64,000 nt of DNA, taken from NCBI GenBank assembly GCA_018882585.1, contig VFFB01000003.1:10359-74358 (forward strand), given 5' to 3'. Every line of letters begins with the position of its first letter. The first letter of the stretch is position 1. The translations under genes were made by a program, and so were the position numbers. The notes beneath the pieces were generated by a model. It was not told the DNA's origin. It made no database searches and was given only the letters and a program-made list of their open reading frames with translations. Below, in pieces: positions 9,158 to 19,691 of the stretch. The stretch is from Candidatus Kapaibacterium sp. GTDB taxonomy: Bacteria > Bacteroidota > Ignavibacteria > Kapaibacteriales > Kapaibacteriaceae.

Positions 9158-10357
9158 TCACTGAAGCACTGCTTTGAAGTCGGTCTGACCGTCGGGATCT
9201 CCAACAACGGGTCCTGCCGAACCAACAGAACCAACCAGCAGAATGCCGGCCACGTGCGGCGCCGCCATGGACGTGCCACTCATAGTGGTAAGGCCGCCGC
9301 CTAATCTTGTCGAGGTGACGTAGACCCCGGGCGCGCAGGCATCTACGGGAGCACCGTAGTTGCTGAAGTAGGCAAAGACGCCCTGACTGTTGTGCGCCGA
9401 TACCGTCCAGATGTCTGCTTGATCCAGGCCGGCGCGCGCCGGCGACATCACAGAACAGTCAGTCGATTCGTTGCCTGCGGCGATGGCGAACATGATGCCG
9501 TACTCGTTGGCTGCCGAGCGAATGGCATCATCGAGGGCGCTATAGGCGGGACCTCCGAGAGACATGTTGCAGACGTCGCCCACAGCGCCATTATCAGCCA
9601 CGTGGTCTACACCGGCAATGATCCACGAATATCGACCCTTTCCGCGTGCGTCAAGACAGCGCACTGCGACAACCGTCGCGCCCGAAGCGACGCCAATGAC
9701 GTCATACCCATCGTCCTTGGCAGCAATGGTGCCGGCTACGTGCGTACCGTGACCGTTCTTATCCTGCCAGGTTGTGGGACTCTGTTTGCCTCCGGTGACG
9801 AAGTTTATTGAGAGTTCGGTGCTGACAGTCAGATCAGGATGGTTCGGATCGATTCCCGTGTCGATGATCCACGCCCGCTTACCGCTGCCGTCGCGATGTC
9901 CGGTGGCCTGAACTCCCCATGGTGTCTGCTGCGGCGACGTACGCGGCGGCGTTCCGCCGCCCGGCTTGGCAAACTCCTCGACCGGCCCCACGCTGATCTC
10001 GTAGTCCTCTTCGATGCGCTCAATACGTTCGTCCTGCTCGAGCTTCTTCAGAATGCCCGGCGGCACCGTCGCGCTGAAACCAAGCAGTGCTGCGTGGTAG
10101 ATATTGCCAACCGTGAGTCCGTGCGCCTTCTGCAGACGTTGCACATTGGCTTGCACTTCGTTGTCTGCAACCTTGCTTGCCTTGAAGACGATGACGTACT
10201 GGTCGGGAATCTTCTGGAATCCCGCTGGCACCGCCAGGATCTTGCCATCCTGTTTGTTAGCCGATGGTTGCTCAGGCGTTGTCAGATCTGTAGAGCAGCT
10301 CGCCAGAATGCACGTGACCGTAGCAGCTGCAAGAAGTTTGATTGGAATTGCACGCAT
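9158..10357 (-). CDS. Subtilisin-family (S8) serine peptidase lipoprotein with I9 propeptide
   Basis: Catalytic triad motifs IIDTGID, HGTHVAG, GTSMAAPHVAG; lipobox LASC. Confidence 0.95.
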   Translation of the reverse strand: MRAIPIKLLAAATVTCILASCSTDLTTPEQPSANKQDGKILAVPAGFQKIPDQYVIVFKASKVADNEVQANVQRLQKAHGLTVGNIYHAALLGFSATVPPGILKKLEQDERIERIEEDYEISVGPVEEFAKPGGGTPPRTSPQQTPWGVQATGHRDGSGKRAWIIDTGIDPNHPDLTVSTELSINFVTGGKQSPTTWQDKNGHGTHVAGTIAAKDDGYDVIGVASGATVVAVRCLDARGKGRYSWIIAGVDHVADNGAVGDVCNMSLGGPAYSALDDAIRSAANEYGIMFAIAAGNESTDCSVMSPARAGLDQADIWTVSAHNSQGVFAYFSNYGAPVDACAPGVYVTSTRLGGGLTTMSGTSMAAPHVAGILLVGSVGSAGPVVGDPDGQTDFKAVLQ

Positions 10358-10629
10358 GACCGTACCCCTCGAATGTGTTCTCAATACACGCTAAACCTAT
10401 CGCTCCCACTACCGCCGTCAAAGCGTGGATGTACTTCGGCAAGTTACCGTGCGTGGAATGTCGGTATCAGCGAACGTGCCAGGGATGACCAGGCATCATA
10501 CCCCTGGATGCATTTGTATCAGATGTCCGCATGCCTATTCTTGCAGCAGGATGTGTGGCCCTCCTGCCTAGAACCATGGCCGAAGGGTTCAGCACACCAT
10601 TCATCAATCGCACCATACGAGGCCATGCT

Positions 10630-11823
10630 GTGACCCGTACGCTTGGACTACTACTGTTCGTTGCCATAGTCCTGTCATCACTGACAGCTGCACAGCCTTT
10701 CGTTCCTGGCAACACATACTACGGCACCGATAACTTCATGGAATATCAACCTGGCAATATTCCGCTAATCATCTCTGTGCCACATGGCGGACACTTGGAA
10801 CCGGCCGAACTACCCAACCGCGACTGTCAAGACTGCGTCTATGGTATCGATTCCTACACCCAGGAACTTGCTCGAAAGATTCGCGATGCATTCGTTCAGC
10901 AGACCGGTTGCTACCCGCACATCGTATACAACCTGCTTCATCGTAAGAAACTCGATATGAATCGAGACGTGCTTGATGCAACTGATACCAATGACGCCGT
11001 AGCACCGTATTGGAATGATTATCACGATTTCATTGCCGCTGCGAAGAACGATGTCATGACGCACTATGGCAAAGGCTTGTTCATCGACTTGCACGGTCAC
11101 GGCCACACAAAACAGCGCATTGAATATGGTTACATCTTGCGTGGCTCATATCTTCGAGAACCCGACTCTGTCATCAACACTACCAAGCGTGTTGCAGCCA
11201 GTTCGATACGAAACCTGGCTTCGTCGAACCTTAGTGGTTTGACGCACGCACAGCTCGTTCGAGGTGCAACCGCTCTTGGCACGCTGTTCGCCAACCGAGG
11301 TTACCCAGGTGTACCGTCGATGCAGGATCCATACCCCGATACTGCAGACGCGTATTTCAACGGCGGATACAACACATTCACCCACGGTTCATACTCAGGC
11401 GGCGCGATCGACGCAATCCAGATGGAACTATACACGTCGATTCGTCGAGACACAGCAGAACGAGCCGTGTTTGCTGATGCCTTTGCCTCGATTCTTCGCT
11501 CGTATCTGCAGGAACATTACCTAGAGAACTTCGCACAGCAATCGTGTTTGGAAAGCTCCGTTCCGAACCCGACACAGTCCGAAACACTGGTTGCCCCCAA
11601 CCCGGCTGCCGAATTCATCACTGTTGGAACGATAAATGACGCTGGCACTTCGTTTTGGCTTCGCATCATCGACGTGCTTGGTCAGGTACGTAAGACCAAT
11701 CCGTCTGTCGTGCTGCCCACGCAGCTCGACGTCAGTGCGTTAACCCCGGGTACGTACTATCTGCAACTCATTGCCCCCTCGGGATATCCAGTACTCAATC
11801 AATCCGTGGTCATTGTTCGATAA
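10630..11823 (+). CDS. Secreted N-formylglutamate amidohydrolase-like protein with T9SS type A CTD
   Basis: ISVPHGG, LDMNR, IDLHGH and AIQME motifs; C-terminus PNPA...IDVLGQ...LTPGTYYL. GTG start inferred from the signal peptide. Confidence 0.75.
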   Translation: MTRTLGLLLFVAIVLSSLTAAQPFVPGNTYYGTDNFMEYQPGNIPLIISVPHGGHLEPAELPNRDCQDCVYGIDSYTQELARKIRDAFVQQTGCYPHIVYNLLHRKKLDMNRDVLDATDTNDAVAPYWNDYHDFIAAAKNDVMTHYGKGLFIDLHGHGHTKQRIEYGYILRGSYLREPDSVINTTKRVAASSIRNLASSNLSGLTHAQLVRGATALGTLFANRGYPGVPSMQDPYPDTADAYFNGGYNTFTHGSYSGGAIDAIQMELYTSIRRDTAERAVFADAFASILRSYLQEHYLENFAQQSCLESSVPNPTQSETLVAPNPAAEFITVGTINDAGTSFWLRIIDVLGQVRKTNPSVVLPTQLDVSALTPGTYYLQLIAPSGYPVLNQSVVIVR

Positions 11824-11958
11824 CAAGGGGCGTCGAGAAACGACGCTGCGGGATTCGCGACGTTGATTCTTTGGATCATGTGTTTGGTTGGTATTCCACA
11901 GTGTAACCAATCCACCCGTTGACGTCTTGTTATGACCGCAACAACTGGTAAAGGTCCT

Positions 11959-13140
11959 ATGTCGTACTCACGCACGATCGGAATGCTCCTGGTGGCTTTG
12001 GTCGCCATTCAGCCTGCAGCCGCACAGTATCAAGGAACCGGTTCGATCACGCAAGGTAGGGGCACCGTCACGATCAAGGATCTGTTTGTCTGTCCGAAGG
12101 GTCGTCCAACGAACCTTGGAACGATCCGCTCGCAAGATGATGCCGTGTGGAACGTACCGGCTGACGTGAATTTCTCGACCGCTGCCTTCCCTGCCTCGCA
12201 TGATCTGCACAATGCATGCAGTGGAGTCATGTATGCCAATGCAACGGAAGCACGTGCGGGCCTGGCTGGCAGCAATGTGGTAACGGTTGATGCGGATGGT
12301 GAGGTGTTGACTGCCTACGTCTTCGCAGACAACTACTTCGAGATGTACGTCAACGGAATTCCCGTCGGCAAAGACAACGTGCCATTTACGCAGTTCAACT
12401 CGTCGGCGGTACGATTCCGTGTGCGACGACCGTTCACGGTTGCGATGCTTGCGGTAGACTGGGAAGAAAACCTTGGTCTCGGCTCCGAAGCAATGGGTAA
12501 TTCGCCCTACCATCCCGGCGATGCCGGTGTTGTAGCGGTGTTCATGGACGAAGGTGGCAATATCATTGCCACAACATCACGTGAGTGGAAGGCGCAGACG
12601 TACTACATCAGTCCGGTGCAGGATCTGACATGTCTGTCAGAGCAGAACGGAATGCGCCTGTCGGGACCATGTAGCACAGCCGACGCCTCGGACGGCTCGC
12701 AGTTCTATGGTGTTCACTGGGCTCGTCCATCAGGCTGGATGAACACGGATTTCGACGACGCTGCGTGGCCATTGGCAAAGGAGTACAGCAACAACCTTGT
12801 TGGTGTTGACAATAAGCCTGCGTACACGAACTTCACAGAGATCTTTGACGCTCCATTGAACGATGCAGCGTTCATCTGGACATCAAATCTTGTTCTTGAT
12901 AACGAAGTTCTGCTGCGCTATCGCGTGCCGGGACCAACCTCGGTCGGAGATAGCGATGATACGGCTGTCGAGGAACCATCAATCATCCGGCTGTATGGCG
13001 TCGACGGTACAGAGATCGCCGTCGCTGCAACCAAGCAGCAGCTCAATGCTATGCTTGATGAGTTACCGTCTGGTTGTTATCTGCAGGTATGCCGGCGGCA
13101 CGGCATTGTTGAAACGAAGCATGTATTACACGTACGCTGA
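11959..13140 (+). CDS. Secreted hypothetical protein with a beta-sandwich-like core and degenerate CTD
   Basis: Signal peptide ending AAA-Q; ADNYFEMYVNG and W...DFDDAAW motifs; C-terminus LYGVDG...LPSGCY. Confidence 0.65.
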   Translation: MSYSRTIGMLLVALVAIQPAAAQYQGTGSITQGRGTVTIKDLFVCPKGRPTNLGTIRSQDDAVWNVPADVNFSTAAFPASHDLHNACSGVMYANATEARAGLAGSNVVTVDADGEVLTAYVFADNYFEMYVNGIPVGKDNVPFTQFNSSAVRFRVRRPFTVAMLAVDWEENLGLGSEAMGNSPYHPGDAGVVAVFMDEGGNIIATTSREWKAQTYYISPVQDLTCLSEQNGMRLSGPCSTADASDGSQFYGVHWARPSGWMNTDFDDAAWPLAKEYSNNLVGVDNKPAYTNFTEIFDAPLNDAAFIWTSNLVLDNEVLLRYRVPGPTSVGDSDDTAVEEPSIIRLYGVDGTEIAVAATKQQLNAMLDELPSGCYLQVCRRHGIVETKHVLHVR

Positions 13141-13283
13141 TTTGTCTGCCGCATGTCATCTTCGCGAGTGAACCAACACATTTGCTGGTCGACCCTTCGA
13201 CGTATGCGAGACGAACTGCGTACCTGTAACGAAACGTACTTGTACGGGGTTACTCGCTCTTTCGCCAACCTTCCCTGTTGAAC

Positions 13284-13700
13284 ATGGATCGCAAAGAATT
13301 CTTCCGCCAATCCTTTATAGGTCTGGCCGTGCTTGGAACAACCGCCGGCATAGCCCAATGCCTTGGTGGCTGCTCGTCATCTACGGCCCCGGCAAATGTC
13401 GACTTCACGTTGGACCTATCTGCATCCGAGAATGCAGTACTACGAACCGTTGGAGGATTCCTTCGCACCAATGGCGTCATCGTAGCCTGCGTTGCACAAG
13501 ACACCTACATTGCTGTCCAAAGCTCCTGCACGCATGAAGGTGCCACCCTTTCGTGGCAGCAGAACAACAATCGGTTTCACTGCCCGGAGCATGGGGCAAC
13601 CTTCTCACGTTCAGGCGCCGTGACAAATGGACCGGCACGGGACAAGCTGGTTTCGTACACGACCACGCTGAACGGTACAATGTTGCGCGTGACGTCTTGA
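13284..13700 (+). CDS. Exported Rieske [2Fe-2S] protein
   Basis: CTHEG and CPEHG boxes; Tat-like leader MDRKEFF followed by a lipobox-like GGC. Confidence 0.88.
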   Translation: MDRKEFFRQSFIGLAVLGTTAGIAQCLGGCSSSTAPANVDFTLDLSASENAVLRTVGGFLRTNGVIVACVAQDTYIAVQSSCTHEGATLSWQQNNNRFHCPEHGATFSRSGAVTNGPARDKLVSYTTTLNGTMLRVTS

Positions 13701-13818
13701 TTGGCTCTACCCCAAGCCGAAGCGCCGGCTAGTGCTGCAAGCACACGCCTTCTATTGCCCTCACCAGGGTATATGCGTTCGTCGTAGACGAACCCTACGC
13801 CTGAGCCCCTGAACGTTA

Positions 13819-14739
13819 CTACATCAGGCTCACCAGAAATGGTAGCGTCATCAGCGACACCAAGGTCGACCCAAGGATTGCCTGAGCCAGAACGTCGGTA
13901 TCCAATCCGTATCGCTCTGCAAACACCATGGTAAGCATCATCGTGGGCATGGCCGTTTCAAGCATGACCGCTGTTTCAAGCATCTTGTCATCAATCAGCC
14001 ACGTCGCGACGAACCAGATGATGACCGGCACGATCATTGTGCGGATCAACACAGCAGGTAAGATGATCGGTACTCTACGCAGTTCCGGAACACGCAACGT
14101 CAGACCAATACTGAACAGCATCAGTTGCGGTACGATCTTGCCCGCAGCCAGACACGATGCTGTGATCCAAGGGGCGATGGGGATATCGATGATATTCACG
14201 AGCATCGCAATGGCGATGGCAATCATGGGTGGCAGCCGAAGGACCTGTCGCACGGCGTCGCCAAGCGATGCCTGTTCGTTGCCGGTGCCAAAGCGTACGC
14301 AGATAAGGCTGCCCACCGAGAACAACAGCGGTGTCATACCAAGGTAGTCGTACTCGATCGGTATGTGCCTTGCCCCCTCACCCAACACTGCTGTGGTGAT
14401 GGGAAGACCCAGATACATGGCATTGCACCACGTACCTGCCAGGATCAGCGCGCCGATGGATGCCGCTGGCAGGCGATGTCGAAGGCCAACGGCGTAGACC
14501 AGCCATGAGAGTGCAAGGCCGACAAGAACCGTGAGTACAGAAACGATTGGAACCGTCCAGATGTGTTCGCCGGAATGAACCCGACTCAGCACACCAAACG
14601 TCAGCAACGGTATAAAGACGTTCAGTACGATAGAACCTATCACGCGCCGAACGTCTGCTACCGCCAGCGTATCCGGCAGGAACCGATACAAGACGCCACA
14701 GGCAAGCGGGATGCTCAGTTGCAAAAAGACATCAATCAT
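13819..14739 (-). CDS. AEC (auxin efflux carrier) family transporter
   Basis: About 10 TM segments; N-x-x-YLGLPI and AMPT motifs. Confidence 0.88.
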   Translation of the reverse strand: MIDVFLQLSIPLACGVLYRFLPDTLAVADVRRVIGSIVLNVFIPLLTFGVLSRVHSGEHIWTVPIVSVLTVLVGLALSWLVYAVGLRHRLPAASIGALILAGTWCNAMYLGLPITTAVLGEGARHIPIEYDYLGMTPLLFSVGSLICVRFGTGNEQASLGDAVRQVLRLPPMIAIAIAMLVNIIDIPIAPWITASCLAAGKIVPQLMLFSIGLTLRVPELRRVPIILPAVLIRTMIVPVIIWFVATWLIDDKMLETAVMLETAMPTMMLTMVFAERYGLDTDVLAQAILGSTLVSLMTLPFLVSLM

Positions 14740-15172
14740 GCAACAAACTACGTGGAATGTGTCTTCCCTGCATGGTGGATGCTGACACCCCGCAAATCAA
14801 CCCAACGGCGCCGACAGTTGCCGTACGCTGCAACCGCACAACATCCACACCTACGCCGATCTCGACGTCGCAACATGTAGTTGCCTCGGCGAATATTCGT
14901 TAGCCAATCATCACGTTAGCGTTCGTGAGACTTGTATGTAGCAATCCATCGCCGTCGGCAAGTGCAACTGGTTGGTAACTCGTAGCCATGTTTACGACGT
15001 ATATTCACGTGTCGACGAACAACGCTATGTGTTTCAACCGAGCACCCAGACTTGTGGGCCGAATCGTGAGCGGTAGCCTTAAGGACGGAACGTCGAGGTC
15101 GATCGAATTCTTGAGAACGTTCTGATAATGCCGGTGATCTTTACACCAATTTACATTTACCAAGGAGGGATC

Positions 15173-15691
15173 ATGTACAGAGTGATCGCAACTATCACAG
15201 CAGCAGTAATGATGATATTGAGCTTGTCATCATGCAGTGACACGACTACTGAACCAACGTCGGATACTGAAATTGTTTCATGCAAGACGTCATTGTCTTC
15301 CATGCCTACATTCGAGGCCTCCAAGTTTATCATTGCTACCACGACAAAGTCTTCGACGCCACAGGCACCGAGTTCCACAGTGATCATGAGCTTTACCAAG
15401 CCAAATCCTGACATCAAGAACGCTGTAGAAGACGGATTTCAGATTGCAATCCTTGGAACAGCACCCGGCACGTATGCGATGCCATTTGAAAGTGGGTGTG
15501 CGCTTGTCGTCAACGGCGTCTCGTACATCTCTATCAGCGGGTCGATCACGATCACGCGTTTCGATGCAGTTGGCGGATGGATCGAAGGAACATTTGAGTG
15601 CAAGGCCAACAAACGAGACGGCGGCTCTTCGATCAACATCACAAACGGCGTGTTCAAGGTGCGACGCGACGTCGATGGCATGTTAGGATAA
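15173..15691 (+). CDS. Hypothetical lipoprotein
   Basis: AGGAGG upstream, lipobox LSSC, and a GSITIT...IEGTF...ITNGVF beta pattern common in FCB lipoproteins. Confidence 0.7.
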   Translation: MYRVIATITAAVMMILSLSSCSDTTTEPTSDTEIVSCKTSLSSMPTFEASKFIIATTTKSSTPQAPSSTVIMSFTKPNPDIKNAVEDGFQIAILGTAPGTYAMPFESGCALVVNGVSYISISGSITITRFDAVGGWIEGTFECKANKRDGGSSINITNGVFKVRRDVDGMLG

Positions 15692-15780
15692 CGCCCCATC
15701 CCCGCATGCATTGCTCCAGCTGTGCGTCCGCTGCCAACGGCACGCCAACACAATAGACGCTGTCAAAGCATGAAACAAAA

Positions 15781-15812
15781 GACCCTCTGAAAACTCGGTG
15801 TTTCAGAGGGTC
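15781..15812 (-). terminator. Intrinsic terminator downstream of tRNA-Phe
   Basis: 12-bp stem GACCCTCTGAAA/TTTCAGAGGGTC, with a U-rich tail on the minus strand. Confidence 0.8.
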
Positions 15813-15850
15813 TGTCATCCTTGGTAACCAACCATGTAAATGGTTGGTCA

Positions 15851-15926
15851 TGGTGGTTCGGGAGGGAGTTGAACCCCCGACACATGGATTTTCAGTCCAT
15901 TGCTCTACCAACTGAGCTACCGAACC
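15851..15926 (-). tRNA. tRNA-Phe (GAA)
   Basis: 76 nt GGTTCGG...CCGAACC-A-CCA; D arm GCTCAGTTGGTAGAGC; anticodon arm ATGGA-CTGAAAA-TCCAT; T-loop GTTCAA; CCA encoded. Confidence 0.98.
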
Positions 15927-15936
15927 AAGGGGACTG

Positions 15937-15944
15937 CAAATATA
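15937..15944 (-). promoter_or_regulatory. Bacteroidota-type -7 promoter element TATATTTG for tRNA-Phe
   Basis: Exact TAnnTTTG match 10 nt upstream of the mature tRNA 5' end. Confidence 0.65.
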
Positions 15945-16017
15945 AGGTTTATGGCGATTTCCACCGTAGGATTTCCTCAGAGTTGAGCACGTACGGGCGA
16001 AATCCAGGACGGATGCG

Positions 16018-17007
16018 TTAGAACGGCGTCCACGCAAAGGCTACGGCCGGCACCACCGTTGGTCCGGGCGCAAGGGCAATGCCAAAGTCCATACCTATTG
16101 ACGACAACGCCGTGCGCACACCCAGATACAGCAGCGTGTTTGCCGGACGTGTAATGTCCGCATTGGCCAGTTCCATCACTGCATGCAGGTCATGAAACTC
16201 CGGGAACCGCGTGTCGATACTGATCGCCACGCCAAACGCTCCGTTTGCCAATGGCAGGTTGAACGCACCCACCAATGTGCCTAGGTTGACCTGCATCAGT
16301 TCCGGTCCGGCAACCTTTGCAAAGAACGTGGTGGTTGTCTGTGACCGTACGCCCGTGAATGTCGCATTGGCAAAGGCGTGCCCAATGAAGTTCTTGTCGT
16401 TCAGCCACGCACCGTTGAAGCCGACAGCATAGAACTGCTTGCCAGTCTCGACGAGGCCGTTGTCGAGTTCGGCAACTGTGGCCTTGACATTGACAAGACT
16501 GAACTGATCACGTGCAGGAATGCCAGGCACAAATGACCGACCCGCCGTGATGCTCAGAGGCCCAATGCCCCCTCCGGCATAGAGAAAACCGATCTCCCAC
16601 AAGCCAATGAAGGCATCATCACCGATCGGCTGCGCCGTGGGAATAACGTACCCCCGATGACGGTGGCGGTAGGTGTCGTAACGTGGACCGAAGTAGGCTA
16701 TGTCGACAGATTCAAGCTTAAGCGGGCCAGTGATGGCATCGACGGTTACGGTAAAGCCTAAAGCATCCTCCGCGGATACTTCTTCCGCATTCGTTTTATC
16801 CGCCCACGACGAAAGATCAAGCACGCGGCCGGTGACGATATCTCCGTTTATCATCCGGAACAAGTACTCACGGTCGGGCTCGGCGCGGATATCGTCCTCC
16901 CACTGCTCGAACTCGTCGTGCGTCAGGTACGTCTGAGCCGTTGCAGGAAGCCATGCGCACATGCCTACGACCAGCCATGCACAGACGGATAGCAATACGC
17001 TGTTCAT
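16018..17007 (-). CDS. Hypothetical secreted or outer-membrane protein
   Basis: Signal peptide (ATA-Q), amphipathic beta strands, terminal Phe; coupled to rlmN by an ATGA overlap. Confidence 0.7.
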   Translation of the reverse strand: MNSVLLSVCAWLVVGMCAWLPATAQTYLTHDEFEQWEDDIRAEPDREYLFRMINGDIVTGRVLDLSSWADKTNAEEVSAEDALGFTVTVDAITGPLKLESVDIAYFGPRYDTYRHRHRGYVIPTAQPIGDDAFIGLWEIGFLYAGGGIGPLSITAGRSFVPGIPARDQFSLVNVKATVAELDNGLVETGKQFYAVGFNGAWLNDKNFIGHAFANATFTGVRSQTTTTFFAKVAGPELMQVNLGTLVGAFNLPLANGAFGVAISIDTRFPEFHDLHAVMELANADITRPANTLLYLGVRTALSSIGMDFGIALAPGPTVVPAVAFAWTPF

Positions 17008-18104
17008 GATGCCTTGGAAAATGCCAGTTGTCCGCAGGCCGCATCGATATCCTTGCCCGACGATGATCGGACCATCACCTGTACACCCTCGTCACGGAGC
17101 AGCTGCACCACATGTTCAAATTTGTCAGGGGGCGTTGGCTTCAGCTCCGCGGCAAACCCTTCGGGTTGGACGAAGTCGATGTCGTGGAACGGGATGACGT
17201 TGACCTTCGAAGGAACACGACGGGCGATACGGGCCAGACGCTTGACGTCGTCGGCCGAATCGTTGATGCCGTCGAACATGATGTATTCGTAGGTCACCGT
17301 TTTTCGTGTGGTGCGGTAGTAATACTCGATCGCGTCCATCAGACGCGGTAACGGCCACTTGCGTGCAATGGGCATAAGCTCTTCGCGCACGCCCTGCGTT
17401 GTGGCATGCAGGCTTACGGCCAGCTTGATGATGCGGCCCTCGTCGGCCATGCGCTCGATCCCCGGCACGACGCCGGCCGTGCTAAGCGTGGTGCGACGGG
17501 GTGCGACCATCTTGGTGCGCTGGTCGTTCAGGATGAGCGTGCTTTGCATCACGGCGTCGTAGTTATTCATCGGCTCGCCCATGCCCATGAAGACCACGTT
17601 GGTAATGGGGCGCTCGCTGTACTGTTGGGCAACAAGGAACTGGTCGACGATCTCGCCGGCCGACAGGTTACGCGTCAGCTTGAGCGAGGCAGTGGCACAG
17701 AATTGGCACCCCAGGTTGCAGCCTACCTGCGTCGACACGCAGAGCGTACGACGCCGCGGCTGTCCGTCCTCTTCGCGCAATTCGCTCGGAATCAGCACAC
17801 TTTCGATGGCTCTGCCATCGCGCAGCTTGAACAGGAACTTCTTCGTTCCGTCGGCAGAGTCTTGCACGGTGTCGAGCGCCACGCTATGCGTGGCGCAATG
17901 CTCCTGCAAGCGCGCACGCAGTGCGGCCGGCAATGCCGATGCGTCGGCAATGTCGGGCACGCGCTCAACATAAAGTGCATCGTAGATCTGGGCTGCACGG
18001 TACTTCTTCTCGCCGATGTCAAGCATCAGCTGCTCAAGGCCGGGCAGGGTCAGCCCCAGCAGTTCCGGAGGTCCGGCAACGATATCGCGTTTAGGTACGG
18101 CCAT
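17004..18104 (-). CDS. rlmN: 23S rRNA (A2503)-C2 methyltransferase RlmN
   Basis: Radical SAM motif CNLGCQFC, MGMGEP, DIDAACGQL. Confidence 0.97.
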   Translation of the reverse strand: MAVPKRDIVAGPPELLGLTLPGLEQLMLDIGEKKYRAAQIYDALYVERVPDIADASALPAALRARLQEHCATHSVALDTVQDSADGTKKFLFKLRDGRAIESVLIPSELREEDGQPRRRTLCVSTQVGCNLGCQFCATASLKLTRNLSAGEIVDQFLVAQQYSERPITNVVFMGMGEPMNNYDAVMQSTLILNDQRTKMVAPRRTTLSTAGVVPGIERMADEGRIIKLAVSLHATTQGVREELMPIARKWPLPRLMDAIEYYYRTTRKTVTYEYIMFDGINDSADDVKRLARIARRVPSKVNVIPFHDIDFVQPEGFAAELKPTPPDKFEHVVQLLRDEGVQVMVRSSSGKDIDAACGQLAFSKAS

Positions 18105-18269
18105 CACACAAAACTACGGCGGTTTGGCTATGGGCGTGGCATGAGCTTTACCGAAGCAACCGTCGATGACCGTAGTTCCTTCGTGACGCTCACGGACCCG
18201 GCATGGTAGCTGGTGCAACGTCTACACCGTCTTCACGAGCGTATGCCGGGCCGTGACCTGTGATCACGA

Positions 18270-19419
18270 TCAATGCAAAGGGTTTCCTTTGCGATCTGAA
18301 TCAACGAGTTCTTCGAATCGCAATAACGAGGAGACAGCACGGTCAACCGTTGTCGGTCCCAGCTTGATCTCAATGGCTGCCCATGTTCCGTTTGAATGCT
18401 CCGGAACAGCATCAACCTCCATTCCATTTGAATCACGGTGGTACGAGACAGTACAGCCAATATGTTGGGCGTATTCAAGAAGATCCCTCATCACAAGATT
18501 CTCGAACACGATTCCCACGAATCCCGGGTAGCGCAGCAGTTGTGCGTGCCGCAGTGACAGTCCCGCCAAGGTCAAAGAAGGGTCAGCAAAGTCAATGTTA
18601 CTTCGAGTACTCGCCCGCGATCGGATGTGGGTTGACCAAATGGGAATACGTTCGATCAGCATGACCGTATCAAGTGCTTCCAAACACTGGCGCACGGTGT
18701 CATCACTGGTTGATGCTCCATCCTGCGGAAGGTCTTTCGCCAGCGTGTTTGCCGCATGTGGTGCGCCGGTGGATCGGGCAATAGACATGAAGCGTCTACG
18801 GATTCTCATCGGATCACGGCCTCGCCTACGATCCCCTGCCACGACAATATCGGCTCTCGTCATCTCCTCGATGTAGTCAACAACCGACATCTCGAAGGTT
18901 CAAGTGGTACGTCAAGATTCATCGACTATCCTTCTCGGTACATGGCATCCAGAACATGATCCAACCTGTCGTCTCCGTGGACATGCCTGACAGTGCTACG
19001 ACTCATCGGGTCTTGTAACGATACGTTTCCCGATGAGTGCCCTGTTTCCACCATCGACATCGTGCGCATTCGCAGTCGAGATAATCTCCCGGCACCGGAG
19101 TGTCGCGTGGCATGATCAGCCGGCAGCGACGAACCCGTGAATATGAATTGGCCTTTCGCACGCTTCGCATCAACATCATGGCGCACAAGATTCCATGTTT
19201 CAGGCACGTTATGCCACTCGTCTCATAGCCTGGGCGCTCCCCTTCAAAGATTCATGCTGGCGGAAGCATTGCGTGGGCTACGTCGAGTATGATCTCGCTT
19301 GCTGCATGGTGGCGTCCGGCACTCGTCTTTCCACGCGCCTTGGGGCCTTCGATCAATACGGCGCCCATACGCTGTAACCTTGCCTCAAGTTCACTATCAA
19401 CCAGCCGGTGACGATACAT
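18270..19419 (-). pseudogene. Degraded AAA_14 ATPase + DUF4143 gene
   Basis: Three collinear fragments: Walker A region (LIEGPKARGKT) ending in TGA at 19252; Walker B DEW and TGSS...HSGAGR after a frameshift; then FENLV..DL...EVD...AIEIK after a further break. Confidence 0.85.
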
Positions 19420-19691
19420 GAGAGAATTCACGACGTAGTTTCGATAGAAAAACCAAACCACTCGTTCGCCGATGTACGTACGAAAACGTGGCGTGGTATT
19501 CAGGGAAATGTGGCGTGAGATCATGCTACACTTGGTATGTCGTGAAGAACAACATGGAGTAGATACATCACGCGATTTCCCACACCGCTGAGGGCTTACC
19601 GGTCACGATCCTTCGCAGAGGCATACGCATGGGAAAGGTTCGTCAAGAGCTTGCGTGCTGTCCATGCGCCCTCGAAGGTCCGATCCGCAGC

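Noticed and set aside
15851..15926. Genomic island integrated at tRNA-Phe
   Set aside because: No integrase nearby and no duplicated tRNA 3' end seen in the window; a distal att site outside the window cannot be excluded.
15654..16037. 127-aa ORF on the minus strand
   Set aside because: It spans the tRNA-Phe gene and its terminator; spurious.
19252..19254. Selenocysteine or stop read-through at the TGA in the AAA_14 gene
   Set aside because: Further frameshifts and a TAG stop follow, so decay is the simpler explanation.
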